Source of the DNA: Plasmodiophora brassicae | Lineage: Eukaryota | DNA length: 64,000 nt | Reading direction: 5' to 3' | Assembly: GCA_036867785.1 (NCBI GenBank) | Contig: CP145420.1 | Span: 558,001-622,000 of the forward strand | Shown here: piece after piece, positions 23,975 to 36,321 of the stretch | Layout: every line of letters begins with the position of its first letter | Numbering within the stretch: the first letter of the stretch is position 1 | Notes under the pieces: generated by a model | What the model was told of the DNA's origin: nothing | The model's input: only the letters and a program-made list of their open reading frames with translations | The model's database searches: none | Translations under genes and position numbers: made by a program

Positions 23975-24691
23975 TTAGATATCGAACAGAACGGATCGGA
24001 TGACGGGCTTCAGGTCATCGAAACACAACGACAGGCGCGAGTTCAGCGTATTGGACAGGAGAATCTTGTTGTTCTGGGCGAGAAGCTCGACACCGCCGGC
24101 GATACCGACAAGACCGTTGGTGTCCAGCTCGAGCGTCACATTATGGGGTTTGCCGACGTCTCGCTTCACGATGTCGCTGTAGAACGATGTTGCTTTGGGC
24201 AGGCATTTCTTGACGATCGCTGCGTCTTCGTTCCGGCATCGGATGACGACGTGATCTTCTCGTAGCCGTACCAGGCCTTGCACGATCAGCGCGATGAGCA
24301 GCTTTTCATAAGCCGGGTCGTTTGGCACAGCAACAAGCCGCTCCAGCGCCGCCGATCGGATCTTCTCTGTGGTCGCCTGTTGGTGTTGCAGGCGTTCTTG
24401 TCGCGATTGCTGAACGGAACCAGAACGAGCACTGTATGACGGAAGTTAAACGGTAGGAACGTAGACGACTTGGTACGACAGCGATTACATTTTCTGGTTT
24501 GCGATCTTCTCTTTACGAAGCTGCACGAACTCATTGGCGATCTGCTGTTTGGCGGCCTCGATCAGGCTGAGCTTGGCGATGTTGAACTCCTGATCCGTCT
24601 TGACCCTGATCTCCTCCGCCTTCTCGCGCGCCTCCTGTTTGATGAACTCGACCATCTGCGAGATTTGCCTGGCCGCCTCGGTCGGATTCAT
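23975..24691 (-). CDS. VMA4: V-type ATPase subunit E
   Basis: QISQMVEFIKQEAREKAEEIRVK..EFNIAK, YEKLLIALIVQGL, GGVEL..NTLNSRL; one intron ~24433-24487. Confidence 0.92.
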
Positions 24692-25570
24692 CGTCGGTAA
24701 ACCCCTCCCGGGCAACAAATCGACCCGCTTCTGCCGACGTCGCCGGATGAGCCGATGGCCGACACGCTCCCCCAAAAAGAGAGACCACGTCACGTCGCTG
24801 CAACAAAAATGAAGGTCGCCTTGATTGATTCCCATCCGGATTGTCACTGGTCTGACGCGGGTACCCGTACCTGTGTATGCTACCTGCCGGCCCGGGCGCA
24901 ATGTTCCTTGATTGGCCACCGCTTACCAACGACCTTGTGCGAGCCGTCTGTCCATACGGTAAGTTCCCTCCAGCAGATCCCGTGGCCGGCGTGGCGTAAT
25001 TCCCGGTGGGCGCAAGTTACCCTCGCTCGCTGGCTCCATGCTCCAATGAAGGAGGCCATTCGCGAGAGTGCGGAACATGCTGTCGGCGCCTTCCGCGATG
25101 ATGACTTCCGTCAACTGGGAAGTGGGCCATGTTAAGCTCGTGCGCGCTAATAATTAACTGGGAGCTTACTTACTGGCTAATGACAGTGTAAACCAACGAC
25201 CATTGACTTGCGAGGATCGGTCAACATTGTTTACAGCGTTCTTGCATCCGAGAACGCCTACAACGAGGGTATGCCAGACCCACCACAGGTCTTCAACCGG
25301 AATCGCTTGGATAACACGCTACCCTTGCCCTAGCCAGGCCACTGGATATTCGCTCCAAATCGACTGGACAATCCAAAGACCCGTTCACCATCACGACGAG
25401 TTTGCCGTCGCGGCAAGTACGGTACCTACGGTAAGTGCAATGCGCGCGGGCGCACGGACCGCCGTGGCAGGCTATATTTAGCCATGCCTAAATCAAGCAG
25501 CGCAACTGCGGCGGTGCTGACTGCTGTGCGGCGACCGACAGTCGGCCTGACCGGATCGGGATCGATGATC

Positions 25571-26275
25571 ATGAAGGGGTACGTTGGCTTCGTGGCCGTC
25601 CTTGTCGCAATGTGTGTCGGTACCGTTGTGTGCGAGAACTTTGTTCAGCGGTTCGTTCGGAAGTCGCCTGAGAAACTCCCGGCGGCGCTTGTCGGCGGCG
25701 AGGAGAAACAGACGCAGTTGGTCGCCAGGAACATGATCCTGGACCGTGTGGAGAAGTACGCCGCGACGAACGCCTTGCACAAGGAAACTAAGGAGGACAT
25801 CCAAGCCAACCGCGACATTCGTGCGGCCTTGAACATGGCCCGCAAGGTGGTCGCCTACGGAATCGTGTATGCCGAGTCGCGAGCTGGCATCCTGAAGGAA
25901 ATGAACGTCGACAACATCAAGAAGAAGATTCAAGACTTCCGCACTGAACTGAAGGCGCTTGATTTGCTCGACACCTTCGTCGACGCCTGCGAACACGACG
26001 ACTCTGTGAAGGCGGGGACCCCCGTCTACCGTCTGCTCGTTCGGTACGGCGAGGCGTACCACGCCGCCAAGCAGACCCTGGAGGAGCGCCTGACGGAATG
26101 TGACGAGTACAATTTCAGGGCGCAACTGAAATGGGGGCTCATCATCGGTGGCATCGTCCTGGTCGCCATTGCGCTGTTCGTCGTGTCCGCATGCGCCTGC
26201 CAACGCGCCCTTCGCAGGAAAAGGGTCGCCCGCGAGCATGACCTGCTGTCTGGTCTGACGCCTTATCAAGTCTGA
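25571..26275 (+). CDS. Signal peptide + helical ectodomain + C-terminal TM protein
   Basis: MKGYVGFVAVLVAMCVGTVVC leader and WGLIIGGIVLVAIALFVVSAC TM followed by a basic tail. Confidence 0.75.
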   Translation: MKGYVGFVAVLVAMCVGTVVCENFVQRFVRKSPEKLPAALVGGEEKQTQLVARNMILDRVEKYAATNALHKETKEDIQANRDIRAALNMARKVVAYGIVYAESRAGILKEMNVDNIKKKIQDFRTELKALDLLDTFVDACEHDDSVKAGTPVYRLLVRYGEAYHAAKQTLEERLTECDEYNFRAQLKWGLIIGGIVLVAIALFVVSACACQRALRRKRVAREHDLLSGLTPYQV

Positions 26276-26462
26276 CTTCGTCTTAGTAAAACCAGCAACG
26301 GGGAAACGCAGCTCTGCTTTTGCAGGCGCCAGGGCACAGGGTGGGGAGCCCTTCTGTGCAGATGGCATCGGTTCTGAGTCGTGCAGTCCCAGTGTCGAGC
26401 ATCGGGAGGCTAGGTCGAGCTCCCCGAGGGCTGGCAGGCGCCGTGTTGACCGGCATCGTGCA

Positions 26463-27104
26463 ATGGAGAACCTGAAAGACAAACTCGGAGGGCAGTTCGA
26501 CTCGAAGAGCCTGGTGAGTGCCGCCCTTACATGTCAGTGATCCATGGCGCTGGCCGGCGCAGGCGCCGCTGATTGACGCGACAGACCTGCACACAATCCT
26601 GGGCCTTGCTGTGAACTCCTACTTGCTGTATGCCTGGCATCAGTACGGCGGGGCGCGCTGCTCGACAATGCTGGCGACCTGGCTGTTTGTCATGGCCGCA
26701 TCAGGCCTGGCTATGACGGTCCTGGCGTTTGGGCTTGTCTTATACAAGAAGCGGCGTCTTCGCTGGTACAAGCAATTGCTAATCGCCGGCGAACGCGAAC
26801 CTCCCGTATCCATCATCTTCACTCTTCTGTAACCTTTGAGAGCCGCGCCGAAATCTGTCGCGCTAATCGAATGACCAGGGAGAATCTGGCCATGAACGTG
26901 CTGTTCTTCGGGTCGTTCTTTATTCTGGCCTGGCTCGTCTTCGGCAACTTGCTGGTCTATAGAACAGCCCCAGACCAGTGCCCTGTGGAGATTATCCAGG
27001 TGTCGAAATACTACGTCACTGCGTACTACTTCACGATCGCGCTGGCCGTCCTGAACGCTGTTCGTCGACACGTCGCAGCGAACGGCTTGCCATGCTTTTA
27101 CTGA
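26463..27104 (+). CDS. Four-TM membrane protein (TMEM272-like), 3 exons
   Basis: MENLKDKLGG (GTGAGT donor), CSTMLATWLFV, FILAWLVFGNLLVY..C. Family call is by motif resemblance only. Confidence 0.6.
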
Positions 27105-27207
27105 TACAATTATATACCTATTCACAGCAGAGGGCGATGTGCTTGCTGTATGCGAATTCGGGGACCTGTGAGGTTCTGCGGTAGGAAGAGGTACAGACGT
27201 GATGCGA

Positions 27208-27824
27208 TCAGCCTCGCCACCATTTGCTCATGCGAGTCATGATGCGATTGCTTTGATCCAGGTCTCGGTTGACAGCGCTGAGGTTGTTCTGCGCCTTGAC
27301 TATGACTTCCCGCTGGGCCTGCAGGTTCTTCAATGTCTCCGCCCCGACCTGCTCGGTCTCTTCCAGCTGGCGCCTGGCGTCATCCACCATCTGTCGCTGA
27401 CGATTTGCACTGGCCTCGAGCACCTAGACGGCAGCCCCGATGAGAATCAAAATCGAAGGGCATGTTGTTGGAGCACGCACATCGCTGGGATCAGAGGAGG
27501 TCGTGCCTTGCCTGGTGGAGCCACCGCCGCCACCGCCCCGAGATGGGCCAACCAGGCTGGCGTGCTTGACGTCCTGCAGACGCTTCTCGACTGTCGATAT
27601 GCGCGTCTGCCATTCGGCGCGCTCGGCACCGGCCAGCGCCCGCATCTCGGCCTTCATCAATCGCACGATGCGCTGCGCCTCGTCGATGCTCGACTCTGCA
27701 ACGGCATCGTCAGAGGGCGGCCAGATTCCGATCCGCACTTCGTATTACGGCCGTCGGCGGCCTGCACGTGGTCGAGGCAGGCGACCAGTTCGGCCTCATG
27801 GCTCGTCAATACGTCCGCCGACAT
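27208..27824 (-). CDS. VTI1-like Qb SNARE, apparently without a TM anchor
   Basis: Habc-like IDEAQRIVRLMKAEMR..WQTRI and SNARE motif ETEQVGAETLKNLQAQREVI..DLDQSNRIMTRMSK, then stop; two introns. Confidence 0.75.
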
Positions 27825-28920
27825 TGTCGCAACGTCGGCGCACTAACCACTCGATCGATGACCACCTGGGTACCGGGTACCACCACTGCAATACTACCCG
27901 ATTCGCTACCAATGTAGTCTTCGTGCCGACTACTAGACAATATTTATTCCACAACGGCATACAGCAACAACTGCTTGTGTGTCAGCAACCGGCGGAGGAC
28001 ATCGTTCACGAATGCAGGGTCGCTTCATCACTTCTTAGAGGTATGTTTAGTCGTCACCGATCGTCTCAGTGGATTGACAGATATGTGATATAATCATTAG
28101 CGACCACGACTCGTGAACGATATCCCCAGCAGGTCGCTGGAATATTCCCCAATTGTTTGCTCTCAGGTCTCATCATTCATCGTCAATACCCGAATGGGAT
28201 CAGAAACTCTAGTCTGAAATTTGATGAAATCATCAACGAGCGCTCTGTACCACGAACGACTACATGGTAGACCGTCTGTAACGACGGACTACCGTGTAGT
28301 CGTTGCTCTCAGACAGCCAAGGGAAACTTGCAGTCATCACATTCCATTCAGTGGTAGAAGAATAGAAAGGTGTTTGTCCTCATCGAGCCTGCCTTGGCCA
28401 TCAAGGTCGTTGGCCACGAACCACTGACCTTGATTCCAAGCAGCGTAATGCGTTGTGACTTGTGAGCTCGGTGCCAGGGTCGCCGTGGCGGACAGCGTGG
28501 CAGACTGCGTGGCGGACTCCGCCCGCAGGGGCGACATTAGGGCGATCCCCCATATCTCAATCAAAGGTTCGCTTGCGCGCGCGGCGCGCCGTATCCGAAC
28601 GCGAGTGGCGCGCGAGCCGGGAGTGTCATGTCAGCGCGTGGAGCTGATCTATGTGGACTCCCGTTTTCGAAGCTCAATTCGGCACTGGTGCAGATTTGCG
28701 CCATTCAGGTTTCCCATGGCGGTCGGATGAACGCAGCAGACCGTGGAACTGCCATGCCGCACCTGCAATGCCGCATCTATGTCAATACAGACGTTCAGAC
28801 ACCGTTTCTAAATTTGGAGGTTGCACAGGCTGGAAGAGTGGGAAGCGACTTGCGTCTCCGGAGTGCGGCCTGCGCCACGGACCGCGAAGTAGATAATTAG
28901 GCATCCAGATCGGACAAACG

Positions 28921-30117
28921 ATGAAGGTCGCCTGCGTACTGACGAGCCTATGTCTCACGGTTGTAGTATCCATGGTGGTGCCCGGGCACGGCACGCCCGA
29001 TCCTGCTCAGAAGCAGCGTGATCGCCGCGAATTCGACGAGGTTGCGCCGTGCGTCGTTTGTGCCAAAGAGAAACCACACTGACAACGTGCATGCATGGCG
29101 CAGATCTGGTCGCATCGTTTTCATCACTTTATCCCTCGCAGAGTACCGTTGTCGCATCACGAACTCATACCGGCAGAGAATCGAGCGTCGGTCATCCCAT
29201 GCGAAGATCTCAGCTGGTGCTACAACAACGACGACGAAATTTTGTGCATAGGGCGTGGAACATTTGGGGAAGTGCTCCAGGGACGATACGGCGAGTTCGA
29301 CGTAGCCGTCAAAGTATTTCCATCTGTCTCCTCTCGTGGCGAGCTCAACGGCTTCACGAACGAGCTAACGATGTTCATGACCTTGGCCCGCCTGCAAAAC
29401 GTGATCCCGTTCGTCGGATTCACCCTGCTACGAGACAGGAGACCCGCCATCGTCATGTCGCTCGCGTCCCGTGGCTGCTTGCGTCGAATGCTCAAGAAAC
29501 GATCCGTTCCATTGTCCACTCGGCTCGAATGGGCCGCCGATGCATGCGACGCGATCGCTGAGATGCACAGTAATGGATACGCACACGGTGACGTTAAGAC
29601 TGGCAACATATTAATCGGATACAATGGCGATGGACTGGACCCGCAAGGTTTCATTGCGGATCTAGGCGCGGCGTGCAAGGTCGAGGACAAATCGCGTTTC
29701 TGGAGGTCGCATATGACGGTAAAAGTTTCAGCAGGAACGGCGTATGCAACTATGTAATAACTGCTGTTGCTTCAGTGTACAGTGAACTATGCTGCCCCTG
29801 AGCAACTCGCCCTCACCGTTGGCAAATCCGACCCGTGGGATGAAGCATGCGACACGTGGAGTCTGGGCGCCGTAGCGATTAGCGCGATCCTACAAAAGGA
29901 ATGGACGCCGTTTCCCGGTAACCAACCCGACGCTCAAGCTTCGTACTACGAGCATGTCTGCGTGAAGAAGAACCGACCGACCCTTCCTCCTGGCAAGGTC
30001 AGCGACACGCTCGACATGGTCATCAACCAATGCCTGTCCTTCATCCCGAGCCAACGCCCACCGGCGAAACTGCTCTCCATTGCATTACGGAGGGAAGCCA
30101 CATTGCCGGGGCACTAG
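28921..30117 (+). CDS. Signal-peptide-bearing TKL-like protein kinase (candidate effector)
   Basis: Exon 1 MKVACVLTSLCLTVVVSMVVPGHG; phase-0 intron 29041-29103; GRGTFGEV, VAVK, HGDVKTGN, IADLG, YAAPE, DTWSLG. Confidence 0.82.
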
Positions 30118-30290
30118 GTTCTGGTTTTGAGCCTCTGCTGAATCTATAAAGTCGACGCTGTACACAGACCGAATGCGGCCGGGACGATTATGAACTATTA
30201 GGGCGGGTGCCATATCGCGCGGCGCCTGTTCGTGCGTACGGACTTCACGGTGTCCGTAGCCTCAATCGTATCGGATAAGGGGATCCAGCC

Positions 30291-30553
30291 ATGGTGAGGA
30301 CGACAGCCCGTCGCGCGTCACGGGACGACCGGTTGCTGAATCATGGTTGCAGGCTGACGTTGAGGAGGCGGCCAAGATGGCGCGTGTCGTGAAAGTCCTG
30401 GGCCGTACGGGTTCGCGAGGTGGCGTTACGCAGGTCCGCGTGGAATTCCTCGAGGGCAACCGCTCCATCGTCCGTAACGTCAAGGGTCCCGTTCGCCTCG
30501 GCGATATCCTGTGCCTGCTCGAATCCGAGCGTGAAGCGCGCCGCCTGCGTTGA
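30291..30553 (+). CDS. RPS28: 40S ribosomal protein S28
   Basis: ATG-only exon, intron 30294-30352, then [39 protein letters not shown]. Confidence 0.97.
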
Positions 30554-30663
30554 TCGTCCATAACCAGCACGTCTCCCTAAATACAACTGCCGATCCATCC
30601 AGGCCTGGTGCAACGCCCGCCCGTACTGGCTCCGTCCCGCCGTTATAGATCTTTATTATCGTC

Positions 30664-32448
30664 ATGCAGGAGCACGCGCCACCCTCCTCAGACCGCAACT
30701 CACACGTCGACCTCTGGGGCTGTCGTCGTGCGGTGTGTGTGGGTGGTGCTGCGCTCTGCAGGGATCGTTCGGGTGGCACCCCGTATCCGACCAGCCAGTC
30801 ACCGACTGCTCGAAGGACAGAGAGCGGGCGCGCGCGCGACCCCCGTCCCTCTTGGCACTGCACAGGTCTTCGAGATCTTCCAGACGGTAGCGCCTCGATG
30901 AGCCGTGCGGTGGCCAAGCGGGGCACCACGAACGCGTTCGGCCCCGATGCGGCTGGCTGTGTGAAACGCCTGCGAACCGAGGCGCCCGCAGCGATCGACG
31001 CAGACGACGAGACGATTCGCGAGCTGGAGGACGGCCGGTCGTCCAGCTGCGCACGTCGAACGATCCTGGCCCAGTTCTGGCAGGAGCAGGTCGTGGCGCC
31101 GCCCGCCGGCGAGTGCGCCACCCAGATCAAGTTCACGGCCAGGTACCGGGCGTTGTCGCCCGCCAACAAGCTGCGCCTGCTCGAGGTGACGCAGCGCGAC
31201 GAGATCGCCGCCGACCTGCTCGTCAACTCGTTCCCGACGATGCCGGTGGCGCTGCAACTCGAGCTCCTGCGCCTGTCGCCGTACCACAAGACGGCGATCG
31301 GCATGCACCTGATGACGATCCAGTTCCCGGTCATGAGCGACGACATGCGCCTGCGGTTCCTGGAGGTGGCCCCCGAGAACATCCTCGTCGCTCTGCTCGA
31401 GAAGCACGTCGACGCCATGAGCGTCCGCGAGGCGCTGATCGCGTCCCGCCAGCTGGACGGGCGGCAGTACGCGCGCCTGCGCCAGGCCACGTTCGACCTC
31501 GTCTGGCGCCGCCGGGACCTCTGCGACACCGACGACCTCATCGACCTGGCGCAGATCGTCCTGCCCGCTGCCGGCCGCGACCTCGTTGCCGAGATCAGGA
31601 GCAGGTTCGTGTCGGGGTCTGGGGAGCGGCAGCGGCCCCCGCCGGCCGCCAGGGTCGTCCCTGGGCCCTGCCCGTTGCCGTCGACGACGCCGCCCGCCCC
31701 CGCCGACGGCGCCATGCACTTCCTGGCGTTGCTGTTCCCCAGGGGCATGGCCGAATGCTATCGGTCGGCGGCGACCCGTGTCCGGCTCGGGCACGGGCCG
31801 CTGGTCGCCATGCCGCTGGTCACCAGCGGCGGCGGCGGCGACGACGACGACACCGTGGAGAAGCGGGCCGCGTTCCGCCTGGACGCGGACGTCGACTGGA
31901 CGGCCGCCCAGTACGGGTTCCTGCAGGTGGTCCTGACGCGCGAGCTGGGCGATGGGGTGGCCGCCGCCGTGACGCTGTCGGACGGTGTGGACAGGACGTT
32001 CGAGGTTGGCGTCGTGGACGACGACTCGCCGATGCTGGACGTGCCGTGGCCGCTGCCGGGCCTGGGCACGCCCAGCACGATCGCGATCCAGGCGCACCTG
32101 CAGGAGGCCGACGACGATGAGAGCGAGGACGTGGAGAGCGGCAGCGAGGACGACGACGATGAGGACGACGGTCGGGCGTCGACGATCGCGGACGTGAGGT
32201 CGGGCGGGGAGTCGCCGACGCGGTTCCTGACGATGTACAAGGTGCTGCAGGCGCTGGTGTCGCTGGGGTGCATCAGCGCCGCCGACCAGATCAAGCTGAT
32301 CCTGGCGTACAGGAAGGCGCACATCAAGCCGCTGCTCGACGTCATCGTGGCGCAGGCCACAGCGGCGCCGTCGTCGCCGACGCAGCCGGACCCGTTCGTC
32401 TTCATGAGAATGCTGCGCGAATGCAGAGGCGTCATACTCGATGACTAG
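30664..32448 (+). CDS. Hypothetical protein
   Basis: 594-aa ORF with strong GC3 coding bias; real start may be MSRAVAKR at ~30898. No family recognised. Confidence 0.65.
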   Translation: MQEHAPPSSDRNSHVDLWGCRRAVCVGGAALCRDRSGGTPYPTSQSPTARRTESGRARDPRPSWHCTGLRDLPDGSASMSRAVAKRGTTNAFGPDAAGCVKRLRTEAPAAIDADDETIRELEDGRSSSCARRTILAQFWQEQVVAPPAGECATQIKFTARYRALSPANKLRLLEVTQRDEIAADLLVNSFPTMPVALQLELLRLSPYHKTAIGMHLMTIQFPVMSDDMRLRFLEVAPENILVALLEKHVDAMSVREALIASRQLDGRQYARLRQATFDLVWRRRDLCDTDDLIDLAQIVLPAAGRDLVAEIRSRFVSGSGERQRPPPAARVVPGPCPLPSTTPPAPADGAMHFLALLFPRGMAECYRSAATRVRLGHGPLVAMPLVTSGGGGDDDDTVEKRAAFRLDADVDWTAAQYGFLQVVLTRELGDGVAAAVTLSDGVDRTFEVGVVDDDSPMLDVPWPLPGLGTPSTIAIQAHLQEADDDESEDVESGSEDDDDEDDGRASTIADVRSGGESPTRFLTMYKVLQALVSLGCISAADQIKLILAYRKAHIKPLLDVIVAQATAAPSSPTQPDPFVFMRMLRECRGVILDD

Positions 32449-32540
32449 ACGCGTGTATTAGATCATCATCATATGCCGCAGACACAGCCCCCGTCTGTTA
32501 ATACAAATATATATCCATCGGGCATCATCATCATCACGTG

Positions 32541-34150
32541 TCAGTCGGCGACCATCCGGATGAGGGCGTGCCGGTGCTTCCCGATGCGAAGTATGAAGGC
32601 GTTCCCGTGCGGCTGCAGGGGTTTGCCCTCCTTGGGCACGCAGCCGTTGACGGTGACGGCGCCCGCCTTGATCAGGCGCCGAGCGCTCGATCGCGTCTCG
32701 TCCGGCAGCGCCCGGCAAACAAGGTCGACGAGCGATACGTTGTACCGGTCGGCCTCAGCCAGCTTCAGTTCGGGGATCCCCGGGATCCCGTTCCGGATCT
32801 CCTCGAACGGCAGCTTGTCGATGTCGCCGTCGAACAGGATCTGCGTCGTACGTTTCGCCTTCTCCACGCCCTGTTCGCCGTGCACCATCCTGGTCCTGCG
32901 GATACGATCGATCAGCACGAGCGCCTTGGCCACGCCAAGCGCGCCTTACACTGATTCAGCCAGAAGTTGTTGCGTCTCAATGGGTCGTAGTGTCGGGTCG
33001 TCGATCTGGGCCAGCGGGACGAGCGAGACCCAACGAAGCATCTTGCGGACGTCGGCGTCGGGCGTGTTCAGTAGGCTCTGGTACAGTTGGAACGGTGTCG
33101 TCTTGTCGGGCGACAGCCAGACGCCGTTGCCGCCGGTGGATTTGCCAATCTTCATACCCGAGCTGGACAGCATCAGCGGAACCGTCAGGCCGTACACGTC
33201 CTGGTCCAGTCGCTTTCGAATCAGGTTGATCCCGGCCGTGATGTTGCCCCATTGGTCGGATCCACCAATCTGCAGCAGGCAGTTGTGCTGGGCGGCCAGG
33301 TACAGGAAGTCGTACGCCTGCAGCGTCTGGTACAGGAACTCGGTCAGCGTCATGCCCGTCTGGTTGTCCAGTCGGGAGCGGACGCTGTCCTTTGTCAGCA
33401 TTTGTTGCAACTGTTGGACGTCAGAACGCGCACACACCCACAGACACACACACCGTATCAGGACGGGCGCCAAGGCGGGAGCCAGACCTTGAAGTGTTTA
33501 GCGATGTTGCGCATGAACTGTATGATATTCATGTTCTCGTACCAGTCGATGTTGTTAACAACCATCGCCCGGTTGGACACGTCTGGACTGCAGTCCAACA
33601 CCCTGGCGACGTCGGCCCTGATGCTATCAACGTTGCGTTCGACCTGATGATCGAGGGAGTCAGACGGTGTGCGACAGGCGAGGCGCATGCTCGCCGTCAG
33701 TACCTGGTCTGGGTCCAGGAACGGACGTTCGCTGTCCCGTCCACTCGGGTCGCCAATGAGCGCCGTCGCACCACCGATAACAACAATGGGCGTGTGCCCG
33801 GCGTCCTGCAGGCGCCGCATGGCCATCAGCACCATCATATTGCCGAGGTGCAGCGATTCGGCGGTCGGGTCGAATCCGGAATAGAAGCACCTCGACTCCG
33901 ATTTCAGCCACCGTTCCAGGTTCAGACGGTTCGCACAATCCTGCAGGCACTCCCGGTTCTCCAGGTCGGCGATCACGCACAGCCCCTCGGGCGGTGCGCG
34001 GCCCAGCATCTCCGGATTCGCGTCGTCGTCGGTGAACAGCGGACTCGGGGTCGCTCTGCATTCCGCGAACGATCGCCTGCATCGCAAACGACGTCCGACG
34101 GCCCTGTGGACCCCGATCCACCTCATCATCATCGTCACCATCGCACGCAA
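32541..34150 (-). CDS. YARS2: Bacterial-type (mitochondrial) tyrosyl-tRNA synthetase, multi-exon
   Basis: YSGFDPTAESLHLGN, IGDPSGR, EFLYQTLQAYDF, QIGGSDQWGNI, KIGKS and a C-terminal S4-like domain. Confidence 0.92.
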
Positions 34151-34600
34151 ACTCTACGCGATCTACCTCACGCCGTCAGGAGAGTCGCAGCCAAATATAC
34201 GACGCTCGAGAACTGGGCGAAAACAACTGGCACGGCTACCATCGCCGTTTCTGCGGGAACGGCCAACTGGAGCGGATGCCCGTCACGGGTTTGGACGTTC
34301 GGTTCGGAAATTTGCTGCGGGCGGCGGGTCATTGTGCCTTGGCGCCCGCGTTGGTGGATGATTGCCTCGGTGGCGAGTAGAGGGATGCCTGCGCAGGCGC
34401 GCTGCGACGCGTGTATTTACAGGCGAAGCGCGCGTGACATTCAACCCAAATGGTGAACTTGCCAGCAGCAGCAACAACGCTAGACGTCCGCGCGATGACG
34501 CAGCAATGCGCCGTCTTGCAACGGATGGTACTGCGACAATGTCGTGCTGTGACTACTCAGTGCGCCCGCAAATGGTTTCCTGCAAGGGCGTCCTGCCAAT

Positions 34601-34622
34601 TGTGTGTGTGTGTGTGTGTGTG
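34601..34622. repeat. (TG)11 microsatellite
   Basis: Uninterrupted TG run. Confidence 0.85.
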
Positions 34623-34992
34623 CACGCAACTAACACGAGCGGTCGTCAGTGGAGGGAGGCGGGACCTCGCTGACGCGGGTCCATATGAGGTGTGCCGACG
34701 CTCAAGTGCGCGTGTACGACGATTTGAGGTACGCCAGCAAGCTATGTAGCGGGCGTCGGAAGCCATCCAGCGCTCACCCCGTGGAACCTTCCCGGGGGTG
34801 GATCATTGGCGCCCTGTGTCGCCACGGGTCGGAATGCCGAATGCGCGCGTTACGGAGTCCGCGAAAATAGGGCAGCCCATTCGTACCGGTAATCAGCTCC
34901 GTTCGGGGTTCCCGCCTCCTGACGCTGTGACGTGTCTGCTTAGCCCCAGCGCGTCCTCTCCCTGCCCCGTGAGTCCTGCCCGCCTCTATCGG

Positions 34993-36191
34993 ATGACGAA
35001 GAACGGCGTCGCCAACGGTACGCGAGGTCTGCCCCGGCAGGCATGCATGTCGTGTGCGCAGAAGAAGATCAGGTGCGACGGCGAGCGGCCCTGCGGGCGT
35101 TGTCGCTCGGCATTGCAGGAATGCCACGATCAGCCGGCCCGCGTGCGCCCGCCGGGCGTCAAGATGCGACGCATCCCGCGGGCCTGCCCCGCTTGCATAC
35201 GCGCCAAAGCCCGATGCGAGTTGCAGAGGCCGTGCGAGCGATGCGTCAAACATGGCAAGGGGCACCTGTGCGACAACCCGCCGAGGGTGCCGCAGCGTCC
35301 GGGGCCGCTAATCCCCGTGAAGAACGCTCTCAACGAATTCATGCCGACGCCCGAGTTCGTCCGCGACTTCTTCCTCCGGTCGCATCGATACTATAGCGTC
35401 GACTACGTTCGCTCTCTTCCGGAGCTCAGACGGTAATCATGGCGGTAACGACGGCCGGCTGTCTCCCTGAACACGTTTGCCAGGATGTCGTTCTATCGGA
35501 CGATTCGGTTGGTCCTATCCGTGGATGATATTGGCCGCGTCCAGGACGATATCGATGGCAGTGCGGGATGGCCGATCGAGTCGTTCCCGAAACAGGAACG
35601 GAGGGTACTGGTACTCATACCCGACAGTGTACCTACCATATCGTTCGTATTTAGCTCAGGTAGGCGCGCCAGTGTCTGCTGTCGCGCTCGGCATCGTATT
35701 CACGCGGAACGCACAGACGGGGACACGATCACATCGTCGGCAACCGTCAATGACGCTGCCGTCAATCTTCTTGGTTTCGTTAGTTCGGTCACGTATGCCG
35801 TCGTCACTGCGGTCTGACACGTGTTCCATGTCCCAGGTTGACGACGACTTTGTTAGCCATTCGTCGAAGCTACAAGATGATCTCCTGGGAATGTTCATGC
35901 CAAAAGTGTTCCGGTGCGTGCAAGTCCATCGTTCGTGGGTCATCGTTCACTGATTGCACGGGCTGTGGTAGTATCTTTCACCCTGACGACCTGCATCATA
36001 TCCTTGAGCAGGCGGCCAGAGAGTGGTTCGGGTGTGAGAACCCCGTGTTCACGCCCGTGCTCAGGTGCATCGATCGGAACGGCCGCTTAGTGAACGTCCA
36101 GGTTTCCTGGCATTCGTTCACACATGTCGAACGCCTGGATCCGCTGGAAGTCTCGCACAATGTGATCATGACGTTTGAAGTGCAGCAATGA
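34993..36191 (+). CDS. Twin Zn(II)2Cys6 transcription factor with C-terminal PAS-like domain
   Basis: ACMSCAQKKIRCDGERPCGRC..C and ACPACIRAKARCELQRPCERC..C; later exons VNDAAVNLLG, IFHPDDL, RCIDRNGRLVNV. Confidence 0.82.
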
Positions 36192-36321
36192 AATCGATTA
36201 GACTATTCGAGGCCGTCAGCGTTGCCTGTCGCGCGCGCCGGGCCCCTCCTGCCCGCGCCTGTCGACGATACGACATCGTGACGGTAACGATTAAGTTGTA
36301 TAGGGTCGCTGGCGCATGCGC

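Noticed and set aside
27900-28900. Short ORFs upstream of the secreted kinase
   Set aside because: No recognisable domain or coding bias.
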